A DNA stretch of 64,000 nucleotides from the NCBI GenBank assembly GCA_043228905.1, contig JBHGNT010000008.1, positions 1,240,001 to 1,304,000 of the forward strand, in the 5' to 3' direction. The position numbers and the translations under genes are program-made. The notes under the pieces were generated by a model that saw only the letters and a list, made by a program, of their open reading frames with translations, was not told the origin of the DNA and made no database searches. Source of the DNA: Azolla caroliniana. Its lineage: Eukaryota; Plantae; Polypodiophyta. Within the stretch, counting starts at the first letter, position 1, and each line of letters starts with the position of its first letter. This document shows positions 17,517-29,616 of this stretch, piece by piece.

Positions 17517-19269
17517 GATCTCTGAGCCATGGTCAATCAGCGCCACCACCGGATCTTTCAAATCTCCCATCCACATCGGTGTCTCAGTAATAGCCCTAGC
17601 CCAATGTGACCTCACAAAATGTCTATTCACAAATTCTTGTTCAATTTTGAGACCTTCCGTTGTGATAGCGCTCGTCGAGACATTTGTCTGTCTGGTTCCT
17701 TCGTCAATTGTCGTCGGTCGCTTCCTTTTAATTAAATCAATGATGACACCATGAAATTAATTATTTGCAATTCCTAGGATCTCCCGTAGTGTGAACTCGA
17801 TTTGGCTATCCAGGATCCTTTCTTCCATCACACACTTAGGGTCATTGGATTGCTCTATCTCCGACCGTACTTTGAACGTCGGTTTGATTCTTTCCTTCCT
17901 TCTTTCGGTTATCATTTGGGGCAATGACGATTCCTCCCTTCTTTGAACAGATTCTCTTGTGTCATGTTTCTTTGAAGAGCCTGATTGGTCATCTGGTTTT
18001 TTTCATTTCTCTTCAACTAGGACGTCGTAGTTTTGACACATGGCCTCGACGAAGCTTGACTTCTCCTCCACAAGGTCCTCACATCCTGTCATTGCTTGGA
18101 CTCTTCGTTCTGCTTTGAATGCCTCATTCATGTAGAGCTTCCCTTTCCTGACTTGATTGAATATGATCGGCCAGAATTATCCTGCTTGAGACTCTTGGGC
18201 TCTCATCTCGTGTCCATCTCGAATTCCGGCAGATGAGGAATAGTAAGCACTATTGACTTTGTTTTCTTTCATTTCCTCCATCAACTTCTTCATACCTCCT
18301 CGGTCAAAGTAGGTGTTGAGAGGACGATGCAACACCGAGGAGTGAATCCGATTGTTGGAGAGATAAATGATATCTTGTCGGATGGCATTTTGGAATTCAA
18401 AGCAATATCTCCGTTGGTGTTCCAAAGAGTCACACCAAATACACCTACGGGGAAACTCCAAGCGACGACCTAGAAAACTTTGAGTTTTTTCCTTTCTAAT
18501 TTGAGAAATTCTCATCTCTCGAAGCATGTCTGCAAATTCATCCATTGTGGCTCCACCCATGGGCCAAGCCAGTTCGTCATCCCTCGGTCTTTGGGCTTTT
18601 GGTTATTGTCTTGCATTATAAGTTTGTTGGCCAATCTGAGCTGCAACACCCCGATCTTGTCTCATTGTCCCATTGCCGACGCTTATCAAAACGTCCACGC
18701 GCTCTCTTCACTACTACCCAATCAGAAATGAGGCCTTCATCATTTTCTAGCAGTAGTCCAAGATCTCTTCGATGTTTCACATCTACTAATTTGATAAATA
18801 GGAGCACCTTGCTGGAATCAAGAACCGTTTGGTCAAATGTAGGTAGATGATAAAATCTTTGCTTGAATTCGTGGAGTGTCGCACTTGCACTCAACTCTTT
18901 GTTAGTAAACTCCACGCAAACCATTAAATCCTTCTTCATCATTCAAGATGAGTCACCAAACCCATATTCTTCAAGTAAACTTCATTCAAAAGATGACCAT
19001 TCCGGATTGGCCTCTTGTAGCTCTAGGACCCGGGAGTAAAGACTTGAAGTTACAATCCTCAAGAAGCTTGCCACTTGTCTTGCCATGGGAATACGCTTTT
19101 TCCATATTCCCGTTTTGTAGGCTTCAAGGTATCGTGTCACATCTTTACTGTCAAAGCATCCCTTGGCATCCACGATCCTATCAATGGCAACGTCAAGGCC
19201 TGTGTGGTCTTTCATCATCATCATTGTTCCACCCTCTTCATTGTCATTATTATCATCTCTAGACATCAT
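17517..19269 (-). pseudogene. Gypsy gag and protease N-terminal half
   Basis: ORF pieces 19269-18982, 18942-18616 and 18560-18177 (CCHC knuckle), then HWARA...VALIDHGSEI up to the copia TSD. Confidence 0.85.
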
Positions 19270-19279
19270 TTTGCATCAC

Positions 19280-20428
19280 GATTTTGGTGAGAATTGATTT
19301 TGATCTCTCACCTTCCCAGTTCCGGTGGGGGTCACAATTGCTCACTTCCTGGTGGGAATCAGATCATTGCTCCCTTGCACTCAATTTTCATTTTAGTTCA
19401 AGTCTCGCTCCACTTTCCTTTAGCGAGGACCGATTTCGATCGCTCACCTTCCCAATTCTGGTGTGGGTCACAACCACTCACTTTCCTGGGGGGGATCGCG
19501 TCGATTTCTCGCTAGCGCCCTCTCATGATAGAAGAAGATTTTGGTGAGGATTGATTTAGATCGCTCACCTTCCCAGTTCCGGTGGGGGTTCACAAATGCT
19601 CACTTTCCTTGTGGGTGTCGAATCATTGCTCTCTTACACTCAATTTTCATTTTAGTTCAAGTCTCATTCCACTTTCCTTTGGCGAGGACCGATTTCAATC
19701 GCTCACCTTCCCAATTCCGGTGGGGGTCACAACCACTCACTTTCCTAGTGGGGATTGCATCGGTTACTCTCTAGCGCCTCTCATGATAGAAGAAGATTTT
19801 GGTGAGGATTGATTTCGATCGCTCACCTTCCCAATTCTGATTGGGGGTCACAACCACTCACTTTCCTAGTGGGGATCGGATCATTTCTCGCTTGCACTCC
19901 ATTTTTATTTTAGTTCAAGTCTCGCCCCACTATCGTTTGGCAAGGACTAATTTCGATTGCTCACAATCTAGTTCTGGTGGGGGTCACAACCGCTCACTTT
20001 CCTGGTGGGGATCATTTTCAGTTTCTCACTAGCGCCCTCTCATGATAGAAGAAGTCGAGGAGACCTCTTCATCTGCACTCCTTCACCTGGTGACGTTCTA
20101 ATCCCCAGTGAGGGCCGCACATTGTCGCTCACGCCTGTCGATGTTCCAGTCTCTAGTGAGAACCTCATATGGTGACCCACATTCATTCCTATTTCTATTG
20201 AGGACTCACTCAGTCATCAATCCACTTTGGTTTTGTATTTCAACTCACCCTTGCATCATGACGCTTTCAAAAAGGCGGTCGTACATTGTCGCTCACGCCC
20301 TTCGATGTTCCAGTCTCTAGTGAGAACCTCACATGGTCACCCATATTCATTTTTGTTCCTATTTCTGGTGGGGACTTGCTTAGTCATCAATCGACTTTGG
20401 TTTTGTACTTCAACTCACTCTTGCTTTT
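19280..20428. repeat. Tandem arrays inside the gypsy element: 3 x about 258 bp (each an imperfect dimer) plus 2 x about 165 bp
   Basis: GATTTTGGTGAG units start near 19280, 19537 and 19795. ACATTGTCGCTCACGCC units start near 20119 and 20283. Confidence 0.9.
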
Positions 20429-22083
20429 GAGAAGGGGAGGATAATGTCACAGACATGACTGTTCATGTCTAGATTTGAACTCTTGATGTGTTGTATTATA
20501 GTCAAGTGTTATGTTCTAACCAATACATCCAAATACATAGTCATGTTATGTACATCTTAGTATATTATCTATTTTAAGTTCTAAGAGTTTTTAGAAAGGT
20601 CTAGAACAAGAAGGTTCTAGAGGGTTCTAGAATATTCTAATGCATGTATTTCGACTCACATTATAAATACTTGTAACCTCCCTGGTCCATTAAGGGATTC
20701 AACACTAGTCATTGACACTTCAATCTAGTATTCTCGTTTCATTACACCTTTTCTCCTTCTTCAGCTCTCTCATCATTCTCTTAGGTCGTTCCTAGCTTCT
20801 TATGTTCTTCGTCTCGTCGCTCCCAACTTCCCGACTTTCTAGCCTCATCACGTCGAGGTCCACGTTCGTAACCTTATCGATCGTAGCCTCGTCATCTGTG
20901 CTTTGTCGTCGTCTAGCATTGGGGTGTCTGTGACACTTCACATCCCGAAATGTAGCCCAGCATCTGGTCGTGTACACAGGATGCAAGGCATATCAAGACT
21001 TTGTTTGTTGCTTGCTCCTACACCGAAAAATCCTTGTGTGTCGAATCCGGTGCTACTTCGTTTATTCCTTCCAGATAGCTCTAGTAACCAAGACCAAGCA
21101 AGTATTGGTGCATCTTGTAGGACCAAGATGCGTAGTTACTTCGATTGAGCTTCTCGGTTGGAATTGAGCTTGCCATGCTCCTATCCATTATTTTTTGTTC
21201 TTAACTGGGTGTTAGGGTTTGCCTGTGTTGAACGGTTGTCGGCAGTAGAGGATTCTCAACCCTTGCGCTCTGATACCATGTGAAGATTAGCGTGTGGAAA
21301 CTAAAAACAGACACAACCAGCTTAGCCGGGCAGCAACCGAAAGCTCAGAGAGCAAGGGAGAACTCACAGAGAATACAAAGTACTCGAGAGTAATAGAGAG
21401 AGAGTAGGACACGGAAACTCGATTTCAAAATAACACTCTATACATACAAATGTGTTGAATGAGCACTTTTATACAAGTCCATAAAGGACAGTCAAAAGTA
21501 CTAACAAGTACTTCAATGCTCATAACTGAGCTATTGACACTAACTCCTAGGAATATAACTTCCTAGTAATCTAGGATCATAGGCCTCTAATAGCCTACCG
21601 GCTCCGCATGGATCTACTCACCGATCTGATCCGAGCCTAGCCGATCGATCTTTACCTGATCCAGCTCTCGGCTTCTCCAACCAATCCAACCCACATTGAG
21701 CTTGCTCGATCAACACAATCACACAATATGTAGATGATGATGATCAAGGCATGTGGGACCGGCATGCAATGCACTATCCCACGGGTGTGCCATGTGTTAT
21801 TGTACGAGATGTACGAAGATTGATAAGTGTTATGAGGGTGAAAGACTATAGTGTTGTGTGTGTGTAATGTGCACGAGAACGAGTGAAAGTGTGAGTGAGT
21901 GTGAGTATATGTGTATAAACACATGCACATGTGTGTGCATGTGGATAGATAGAAAAGAGTGTGAGTGAATGATATGTGTGGATGGTATGCACCCCTATGT
22001 ATCTAACCCTCATTGTACTATTTAACCCTCTTATGGGGGCATGAATGGAATAGGAAGAAGCCTTCTCTCATCTGTCTTTGACG

Positions 22084-22088
22084 TCTCT

Positions 22089-22148
<60 letters not shown>
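22084..22148. repeat. (CT)n microsatellite
   Basis: Direct reading. Confidence 0.95.
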
Positions 22149-22151
<3 letters not shown>

Positions 22152-22271
22152 CTCCCTCTGTCGTGTTGAACCCCTTGGGAGGGGGGTGGAGCCATTCTAG
22201 GTGTCACCCCCCACCCCACAATGTCGCTGCCATCACACCATCGACATTACCATCATCAACCACCCCAATCC

Positions 22272-22530
22272 TGTGCAGAATGGGGCTCGGCCACAACCAA
22301 GTCTTAAACAATCAATGGAAGAAAGCAAGAAATGAAAAATAAGAATAATGCACTTACACAGAATGAGACGACATCGGATATTAACGTGGAAAACCCTAAA
22401 GGGGGAAAAACCATGGGAGCCCACAGACTCCAACTATCACTATGAGAAGGGATACAAAGCGAGACTCGGAGGCAATGAACTCGCGCGCTCTATCTTAGCC
22501 AACCGACGGTTACAACAAAAAAGCTTTATG

Positions 22531-22580
<50 letters not shown>

Positions 22581-25500
22581 AATAAATAAATATATATATA
22601 TATATATATATATATCGGTACAATAATAATAATAACAACTCATATATAACAAGACTATTTATACTTATATGAATTTAGGACTATTTACATATATAACCAT
22701 GATAGGCCCTCTAGAAACATATTTACAGATATGTCCCTAGATCCGGTTCACACCGGATTCATCCGGATACCTTCCGGATCCATTCGTCTCCTACACGCGT
22801 CCAGCTTGTCGACTAACAGCACCTTGGTCAACATGTCCAACCAGTTCTTCTCGAGTGGATCTTGAACAACATGAATTCTTGATCTTCTACTCTCTCCCGA
22901 AGCCAGTGGTATCTACATTGGATGTGCTTCGTCTTGGAGGGGTACGTTGTGTTCTTCACGAGGTGGATGGCACTTTGACTGTCGCAATATAGCCGGAATT
23001 CCTCCTCCTAAATCCCTAGCTTTCTAATGAAGTCCTTCATTCAGATTACCTCTTTACCTACTTCCACGGTTGCCATGTACTCCGCTTCCGTTGTCGACAA
23101 TGCAACGGACTTTTGCAGCCTCGACTACCATGGTACAGCTCCCCCTACATATGTCATGACATATTCGGATATAGACCGGTTGGTATCTGCATAAGCCAAC
23201 ATATCTGAATCTGTGAATCCTTCAAGTTGGGGTTTTCCGGAGCTGAATCGAAGGCACATACTCGAGGTGCCTTTCAAGTACTGGAGTATCCTCTTGACTG
23301 CGGTCCAGTGTTCTCTTCTTGGATTGCTCATGAACGACTAACTACTTTGACAAGGTATCCAACATCCAGCCGGATACACACCATTGCATGCATCAAGCTT
23401 CTGACATCAGAAGTGTATGGTATCTTCAGCATCTCTAACTTCTCTGCCTTCGTCCTCAGACTTTTCTTTCTGGACAACTTGGAATTTGTTGGAAGTGTCG
23501 ATCCAACCGGCTTTGCATCTATCATGTTGAACCGTTGGAGTACCTTCGCCATGTACTTCTCCTGTGACAACCACAACAGCTTCTTCGTCCGGTCCCCAAT
23601 ATCTGTCGCGCCAGACCCAAATCTTTCATTGAGAAGGTTCGGTTCAAGGCCTTCTTCAGATTACCGATTTTGGTTCGGTTCAGTCCGACAATCAACATGT
23701 CATCCACATATAGTAGGAGTATCAGGAAGTCTCCTCCGTCAAAATTCTTCACAAATACACAGTGGTCGGCCTGCGTCTTGTGATAGCCTTGATTGGTCAT
23801 GAAGGAGTCAAACTTCCGGTACCATTGTTGGGGAGCTTGCTTCAGTCCGTATAAGCTCTTCTTCAACCAGCATACCAGGTGCTCCTTCCCTTTCTTGATG
23901 AATCCTTCTAGTTGTTGCATGTAGATCTCTTCGTCGAGGTTGCCATGTAGGAACGTCGTCTTGATGTCTAGTTGCTCTACCTCGAGGTCCATGCTTGCCG
24001 ATATGCTCAACACCATCCGGATGGATGTCACCTTCACTACCGGGGCAAAGATCTCATCGAAATCCTCTCCTTTCTTCTGTTGGAAGCCCTTCACCACAAT
24101 GTGGGCCTTATACCTTAGTGGATTTCTTGAGTCTCCCGGTTTTAGCTTGTACACCCACTTGTTCCAGAGCGCTCTCTTTTCCTTTGGCAGCTCCGTTCGT
24201 TCATATGTGTGGTTATCATGTAGGGAATCCATCTCATCTTGCCATGGCACTTAACCACTTGCAGATGTGGGTGTCCTTTGCTTCTTCGAAGCTTTCCGAC
24301 TCCCCCTCATCGGACAGCAACACATGTTCTACATCCAGAAATCTCCAGGGGGCTCTTCTCTCCCTGAGAGGATATCTTCTTCCTTGGTTCTCGTCCACTG
24401 GTTCCTTCATCTATTCTTCATCTGAATCCGATTCAAGGTCTTGTCCGGTCTCGGTGTCCTACTCTTCTTCTTCTTCTTCGATCGATTCGGTCTCTTGTCC
24501 GACTCCGGCCAGTTCTTCTAGTGTTGTCCAGCTTCTAGCTAGATGAGTCCCGTCAGTTGATCCGAAGTCTACAATCTTCTTCTTCGACTCCCAGTCGGCA
24601 ATAGGCTTGTCTTCGATGAAGACTATGTCTCAACCCTGGAACACCTTCTTGTCGACCAAGTCCCACACTCGGTATCCAAACTCATCGTCAATGTATCCAA
24701 GGAATATGCATGGCCTAGACTTCGGATCCAACTTTGCTCTCTTGTCCTTTGCAACATGCACGTAAGCGAGACAGCCAAATACCTTCAGATGACGGTAAGA
24801 CACGTCTTTACCGGTCCATACTTTTTGCGGTGAGTCTCCTTCCAAGGGCACTAAGGGTGATCAGTTTATCACATAGGTCGTTGTCATCAACGCCTCAGCC
24901 CAAAACGTCTTGGGTAACTTTGCATGTGCTAGGATGCTCCAAACTCTCTCCATTAGCCAATCCTTTCAGCCAATCTGTTCAGCTCTGGCATCTTCGGCAC
25001 AATGACTTTGAGTTGGATTCCCTTTGACCAGCAATACTCCTCGAACTGCCCCCGGTATTCTACTCCGTTGTCCACTCAAACCGCCTTCAACTACTGGATG
25101 GTTTCCCTTTCGACTCTCATGTGGAATTCCTTGAAGACGGACAACACCTGATCCTTCCTCTTCAACGGTGATAGCCACAACTTCCGGCTGTGGTCGTCTA
25201 TGAATGTCACAAAGTACTGCAATCTGGCATGTGACTTCATGTCCACTTGGTATACATCAGTATGCACAAGTTCCAATGGGACCTTCCATCTCATCGGTGG
25301 TCTTGACCGGAAAGAGGTTCGGCTTTGCTTGTCGGCCAAGCAGTCACTGCACTTCTCAAGATGCACGTCTTTCACTTCCGGAATGAGGTTATCTTTGGCA
25401 AGTCTTCTCATCCCTTTTTGGCTCATGTGACACAACCTCTTGTGCCACAGCTCACCAGCATTTTCGGATGCCACATTCACTTCCTCTCGGCAGATCCGGG

Positions 25501-27163
25501 CATGCATCAGGTATAGTGTGTTGATCTTCCGGGCTCGAGCTACGATCAGGCTCCTTTTGCAAAACATCATGACTCTATTCCGGATGCTACCAGTGTAGCC
25601 TTCATCATCTAGCCGATCGGCTGATATCAAGTTCAACCGAACCTCCGGAACGTGTCAGACATCCTTCAAGAGCAACTTGCACCCGATTGATGTCGTCAAC
25701 CACACATCTCCTATGCTGATAATTTGGCATGCAACTTCATTTCCCATCCGAATAGAACCGTGATCTCCGGCTCTGTACGATGAGAAGCACTTCCGGTCGG
25801 GGGTCAGATGGGATGACTCTCCGGAGTCGACCACCCATGTCGTTTCGTCGCTGACAAGATGCAGCTCACACTCCTCGGTGATAAGCAGTAGTTCTTCTTC
25901 ACTTGTCGCGATCGTAGACGTTCCTTTTCTTTCCGAAATCTTCTTCGGTTCCAAAATGTTGGCTCCCCTTTTGGATTTTCGGAAGTGCCCCAACTTTCTG
26001 CAATAAAAGCAAGTGGGTCTTCCCCTTGACTTCGACCTCGTCCCCGATTTGTCCCATTTTTGAGGACTCCAATTCCGGTCTCTTCCCCGATTATGGTCAT
26101 CTTTCGTGACCAAGGCCTTCGGATCGGTTCCGGACTCTCGGTCCTTCCGGCGAGCTTCTTCATCTAGCAAGCTCGATTTTACCCTTGCTAGGGACAATTT
26201 TTTTCCTTTCAGCCCAGCGTTGCCCAAAGTGACAACTAGCGTCTCCCAACGTTCCAGAAGGGAACAGAGCAGGAGCAACACAAGTACCTTGTCGGCTAGA
26301 GGTACTTCCAGGGAGGTTGTTTGGTTTATGAGCCCCTAGAATGCATTCATGTGCTCCACCACGCTGGATCCGTCTTGGTACCAGAGTCTCACTAACTTCT
26401 GGAATACCGAAACCTGATTTACGGTGTTCTTGCTCTCCAGCATGGTGCCGATTTTCTCCCAGAGGAAATGTGTCTTACTTTCTTCATTAAAGTTGTTGTA
26501 CAGGCTCATGTCGATGAAGCACCGAATGTATGTTGTTGTCTTCATATGCATCACCTCCCACATCTTGGCATCGATCTTGTCTGGCCACTTGTCTTCGAAC
26601 TGCACCGGCAACCAAAGATCTTTGACCACGAGCATGTCCCTCATCTTCAACTTCCACACTGGATAGTTGGAGCCGGTGAGCTTGAACATGCTTCCAAAAG
26701 ACTCTTCCATTTTCGCCAGGTTTAGAACCTTGCTCTGATACCAGTTTGTGTGGAATGGGGCTCAGTCACAACCGAGTCTTAAACACTCAATGGAAGAAAG
26801 CAAGAAATGAAAAATAAAAATAATGCACTTCCACAGAATGAGACGACACCAGATGTTAACGTGGAAAACCCTAAAGAGAGAGAAACCACGGGAGCCCACA
26901 AACTCCAACTATCACTATGAGAAGAGGATACAAAGCGAGACTCAAAGACAACAAGCTCGAGCTCTATGTCTTCGCCAACCGACATTTACAACAAAAAAGC
27001 TTTCTGTATTAGGACTATTTACATATATAGCCATGACAGGCCCTCTAGAAACATATTTACAGATTTGTCCCTGGATTCGGTTCACACCGGATTCATTCGG
27101 ATACCTTCCGAATCCATCCGATTCGGTTCCCGGATTCCATTCGGAGGGACCGAATTCCCAACA
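22272..27163 (-). mobile_element. Second Tork-like Ty1/copia, older and defective; 5' LTR 26747-27163, 3' LTR 22272-about 22786 (inner end and PPT deleted)
   Basis: Perfect TSD AATCC (22267-22271 and 27164-27168). PBS-Met at 26743-26732. Gag MEESFGSMFKLTGSNY, IN, RT (LLYVDDML) and RH are homologous to the 11872 element. Many stops and small deletions. Confidence 0.95.
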
Positions 27164-27429
27164 AATCCATCAACAACCTAATCCACAAGAGAGTTCTTCC
27201 TTCTCCCCAAGCCAACTCCAAAAATTCCCGAAAACAAAGAAGAAGAAAATGAGTTCTCTTCCCCTCCTTTCTTTGAAAATACAAAAGGGAAAAGATATTC
27301 ATTAATACACGCCACTGTGATAGAGATTTGAACATTGATCTGTACTATGTCAATGGCTCAAAACACTAGGCAAATTTTACTTTTTCTATATTTATTCTCA
27401 AATACTTTTGGCCATTCCCATGCTTTCCA

Positions 27430-27900
27430 CCTTCAAGCACGCCACATCACGACACCGTACACCCTAGTTCTATTTCATTGCCAACAATAAAATCAATAAT
27501 CTCATGAATGTAGATCCCAAAAAGTCTTTGATACAGGACAACCTTGTTTTAAATATGGTGCCAATGAAGCAATTACATAGGCCGTTCGGACATCGTACGC
27601 ACCAAGACACTTGGTCATATAAGGCATACATGACCCTAATCATGTAATTTAGTATTTTCAAGCTTTTAAGGTTATCAAAGAACCACACTCTCTAAGCAAT
27701 GTGTCAAAGGCTTTGCGAAAGTCCACAAACTAACAATATATTTTCGTTTACAAGCCTTGGTTTGGTCAATTAAGTATCTAAGTGTGAAGATATGGTCAAT
27801 AATAGAAAAGGCTTGTCTAAAGCTAGCTTGTTCGGGTGCTCCAAGACTTAATGTCTCCATATAATTACTGAGTGTTGGTTCCATCACTATCTAATGTAAT
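27430..27900 (-). mobile_element. LINE reverse transcriptase fragment
   Basis: EQASFRQAFSIIDHIFTLRYLI matches the non-LTR RT QxGFR...DHIFTL motif, followed by a frameshifted FVDF.KAFD-like segment. Confidence 0.75.
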
Positions 27901-28388
27901 TTAGCGAGCATATGGCCAATCATTATATGTATTCGGGGCCACTATGTTCATGGTCCACTATGGCGGAAAACCTTCTGTGAGGGCACAATTGAGTGAGAAA
28001 AGGAGCTAAGCACTCTCGAGCATATATGATGAGGTCAACTCACAATCCTACACGATCCATGAACATTCTATATTGTAATCTCAATATGACCTTAGTGACC
28101 ATCAAAGTTGTGTGCGGTGTGATGGGTTGGTGGACTAGAGTGGTGTGATGGGCTAGTGGACTAGTGTTTGGCGGCTTTGGAGATATCGATCTATAGCTCA
28201 AATTATATATGAAGCTATGGTTGGCACCAATAGGTCATCTGGGGCCACCCGAAAGGAGTCGTCAATCATGTGGATGGCTTCAGGTAATCCTATTCGATAA
28301 TCGGGCGGTGTGCTTTCACCTTATCCATGTGGGAAACATGTGAGCTCTTCTGATCCTTGCCAACTTTGGAAAGCATCATATACATACA

Positions 28389-28922
28389 TAGCAATGGGCC
28401 CGGTTCGGTTTCAATGCCTTGAAACCAAACCAAACCAAACCCTTTACATAAAACAAAAGCCAAACCAAACTGTTTATGAACATTCTAACATTAAACCAAA
28501 CCATTTTAGAAAAAGGTAAACTAAACCATTTAGGGAAAAGTTTAAACCTAGCCACATTTAAGCCAAGCTAATTAAAAAATTAATTAAATAAAAATACACA
28601 AAATTAAATAAGCATTTATATTAAAATAAATAAGATTAATTAAGCCATTAGATTAAATAAATAATTAAGTTAAGTGAATTAAACCAATGAAAAAACATTA
28701 ATTAAACCATTAAATCACATAAACATTTAATGGATAAAAAAAGATAGCCCAAAAACCTATAAACCAATAAACCCTAGTTTCAAAACCAAACCAAATTGAA
28801 ATCGAACCGTTTATTATTAATTAAAACCAAACCAAACCATTTAATTATTTTGAAACTTATAAACCTTTAAACCATGGTTTAACGGTTCGGTTCGGTTTAT
28901 GCCGAAACCAAGCCCATTGCTA
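28389..28922. mobile_element. hAT-type MITE
   Basis: TIR TAGCAATGGGC/GCCCATTGCTA, 8-bp TSD TACATACA, subterminal AAACC/AACCG repeats and an AT-rich core. Confidence 0.9.
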
Positions 28923-29059
28923 TACATACATATGTTCTATCATGTGGAGCCTCCTCCAAAGTTGGAGTAGAGAGAGAGAGAGAGGTATGACTTCTTGTGA
29001 GTTATATGTATGTTACATGTATATGTGGTTCCCCCCCCCAAACCCAAAACAAAGAGAAA

Positions 29060-29105
<46 letters not shown>

Positions 29106-29454
29106 GAGATGCCCACCAAGTTATGTACTTTTTTCTACGGCCTCCTCTGTTCCTCTTAAGTTCTGTTCTATTCTCCTTCTCTCTTCACCGAATTGAAACC
29201 GAACCATTTATTATTAATTAAAACCAAACCAAACCATTTAATTATTTTGGAACTTATAAACCTTTAAACCATGGTTTAACGGTTCGGTTCGGTTTAAGCC
29301 GAAACCGGGCCCATTGCTATATACATACATACATATGTTCTATCATGTGGAGCCTCCTCCAAAGTTGGAGTAGAGAGAGAGAGAGGTATGACTTCTTGTG
29401 AGTTATATGTATATGTATAGTAAAGGGGCCCCCCAAACCCAAAACAAAGAGAAA

Positions 29455-29490
<36 letters not shown>

Positions 29491-29575
29491 TCTGTGGAGA
29501 TGCCCACCAAGTTATGTACTTTTTTCTACGGCCTGCTCTGTTCCTCTTAAGTTCTGTTCTGTTCTCCTTCTCTCT
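28794..29575. repeat. About 400-bp tandem duplication of the MITE right end plus the promoter/5'-UTR ((CT)n tract) of the NT-C2 gene
   Basis: 28794-29190 and 29191-29575 are near-identical. The second copy ends about 40 bp before the ATG at 29617. Confidence 0.9.
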
Positions 29576-29616
29576 CCAGATACCCCCCCCCCCCATCTCC
29601 GAGATTGCATGTTTCA

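Noticed and set aside
17089-17754. ORFs with 18-aa repeats (also 12321-12653, 56393-56905)
   Set aside because: They are read-through of the 54-bp and 40-bp LTR minisatellites, open in several frames, with no gene signals.
22221-27253. Short His/Gln-rich ORF reconstituted across the copia insertion, downstream of a (CT)n tract
   Set aside because: Only about 44 codons with no recognisable homology; cannot be supported without expression data.
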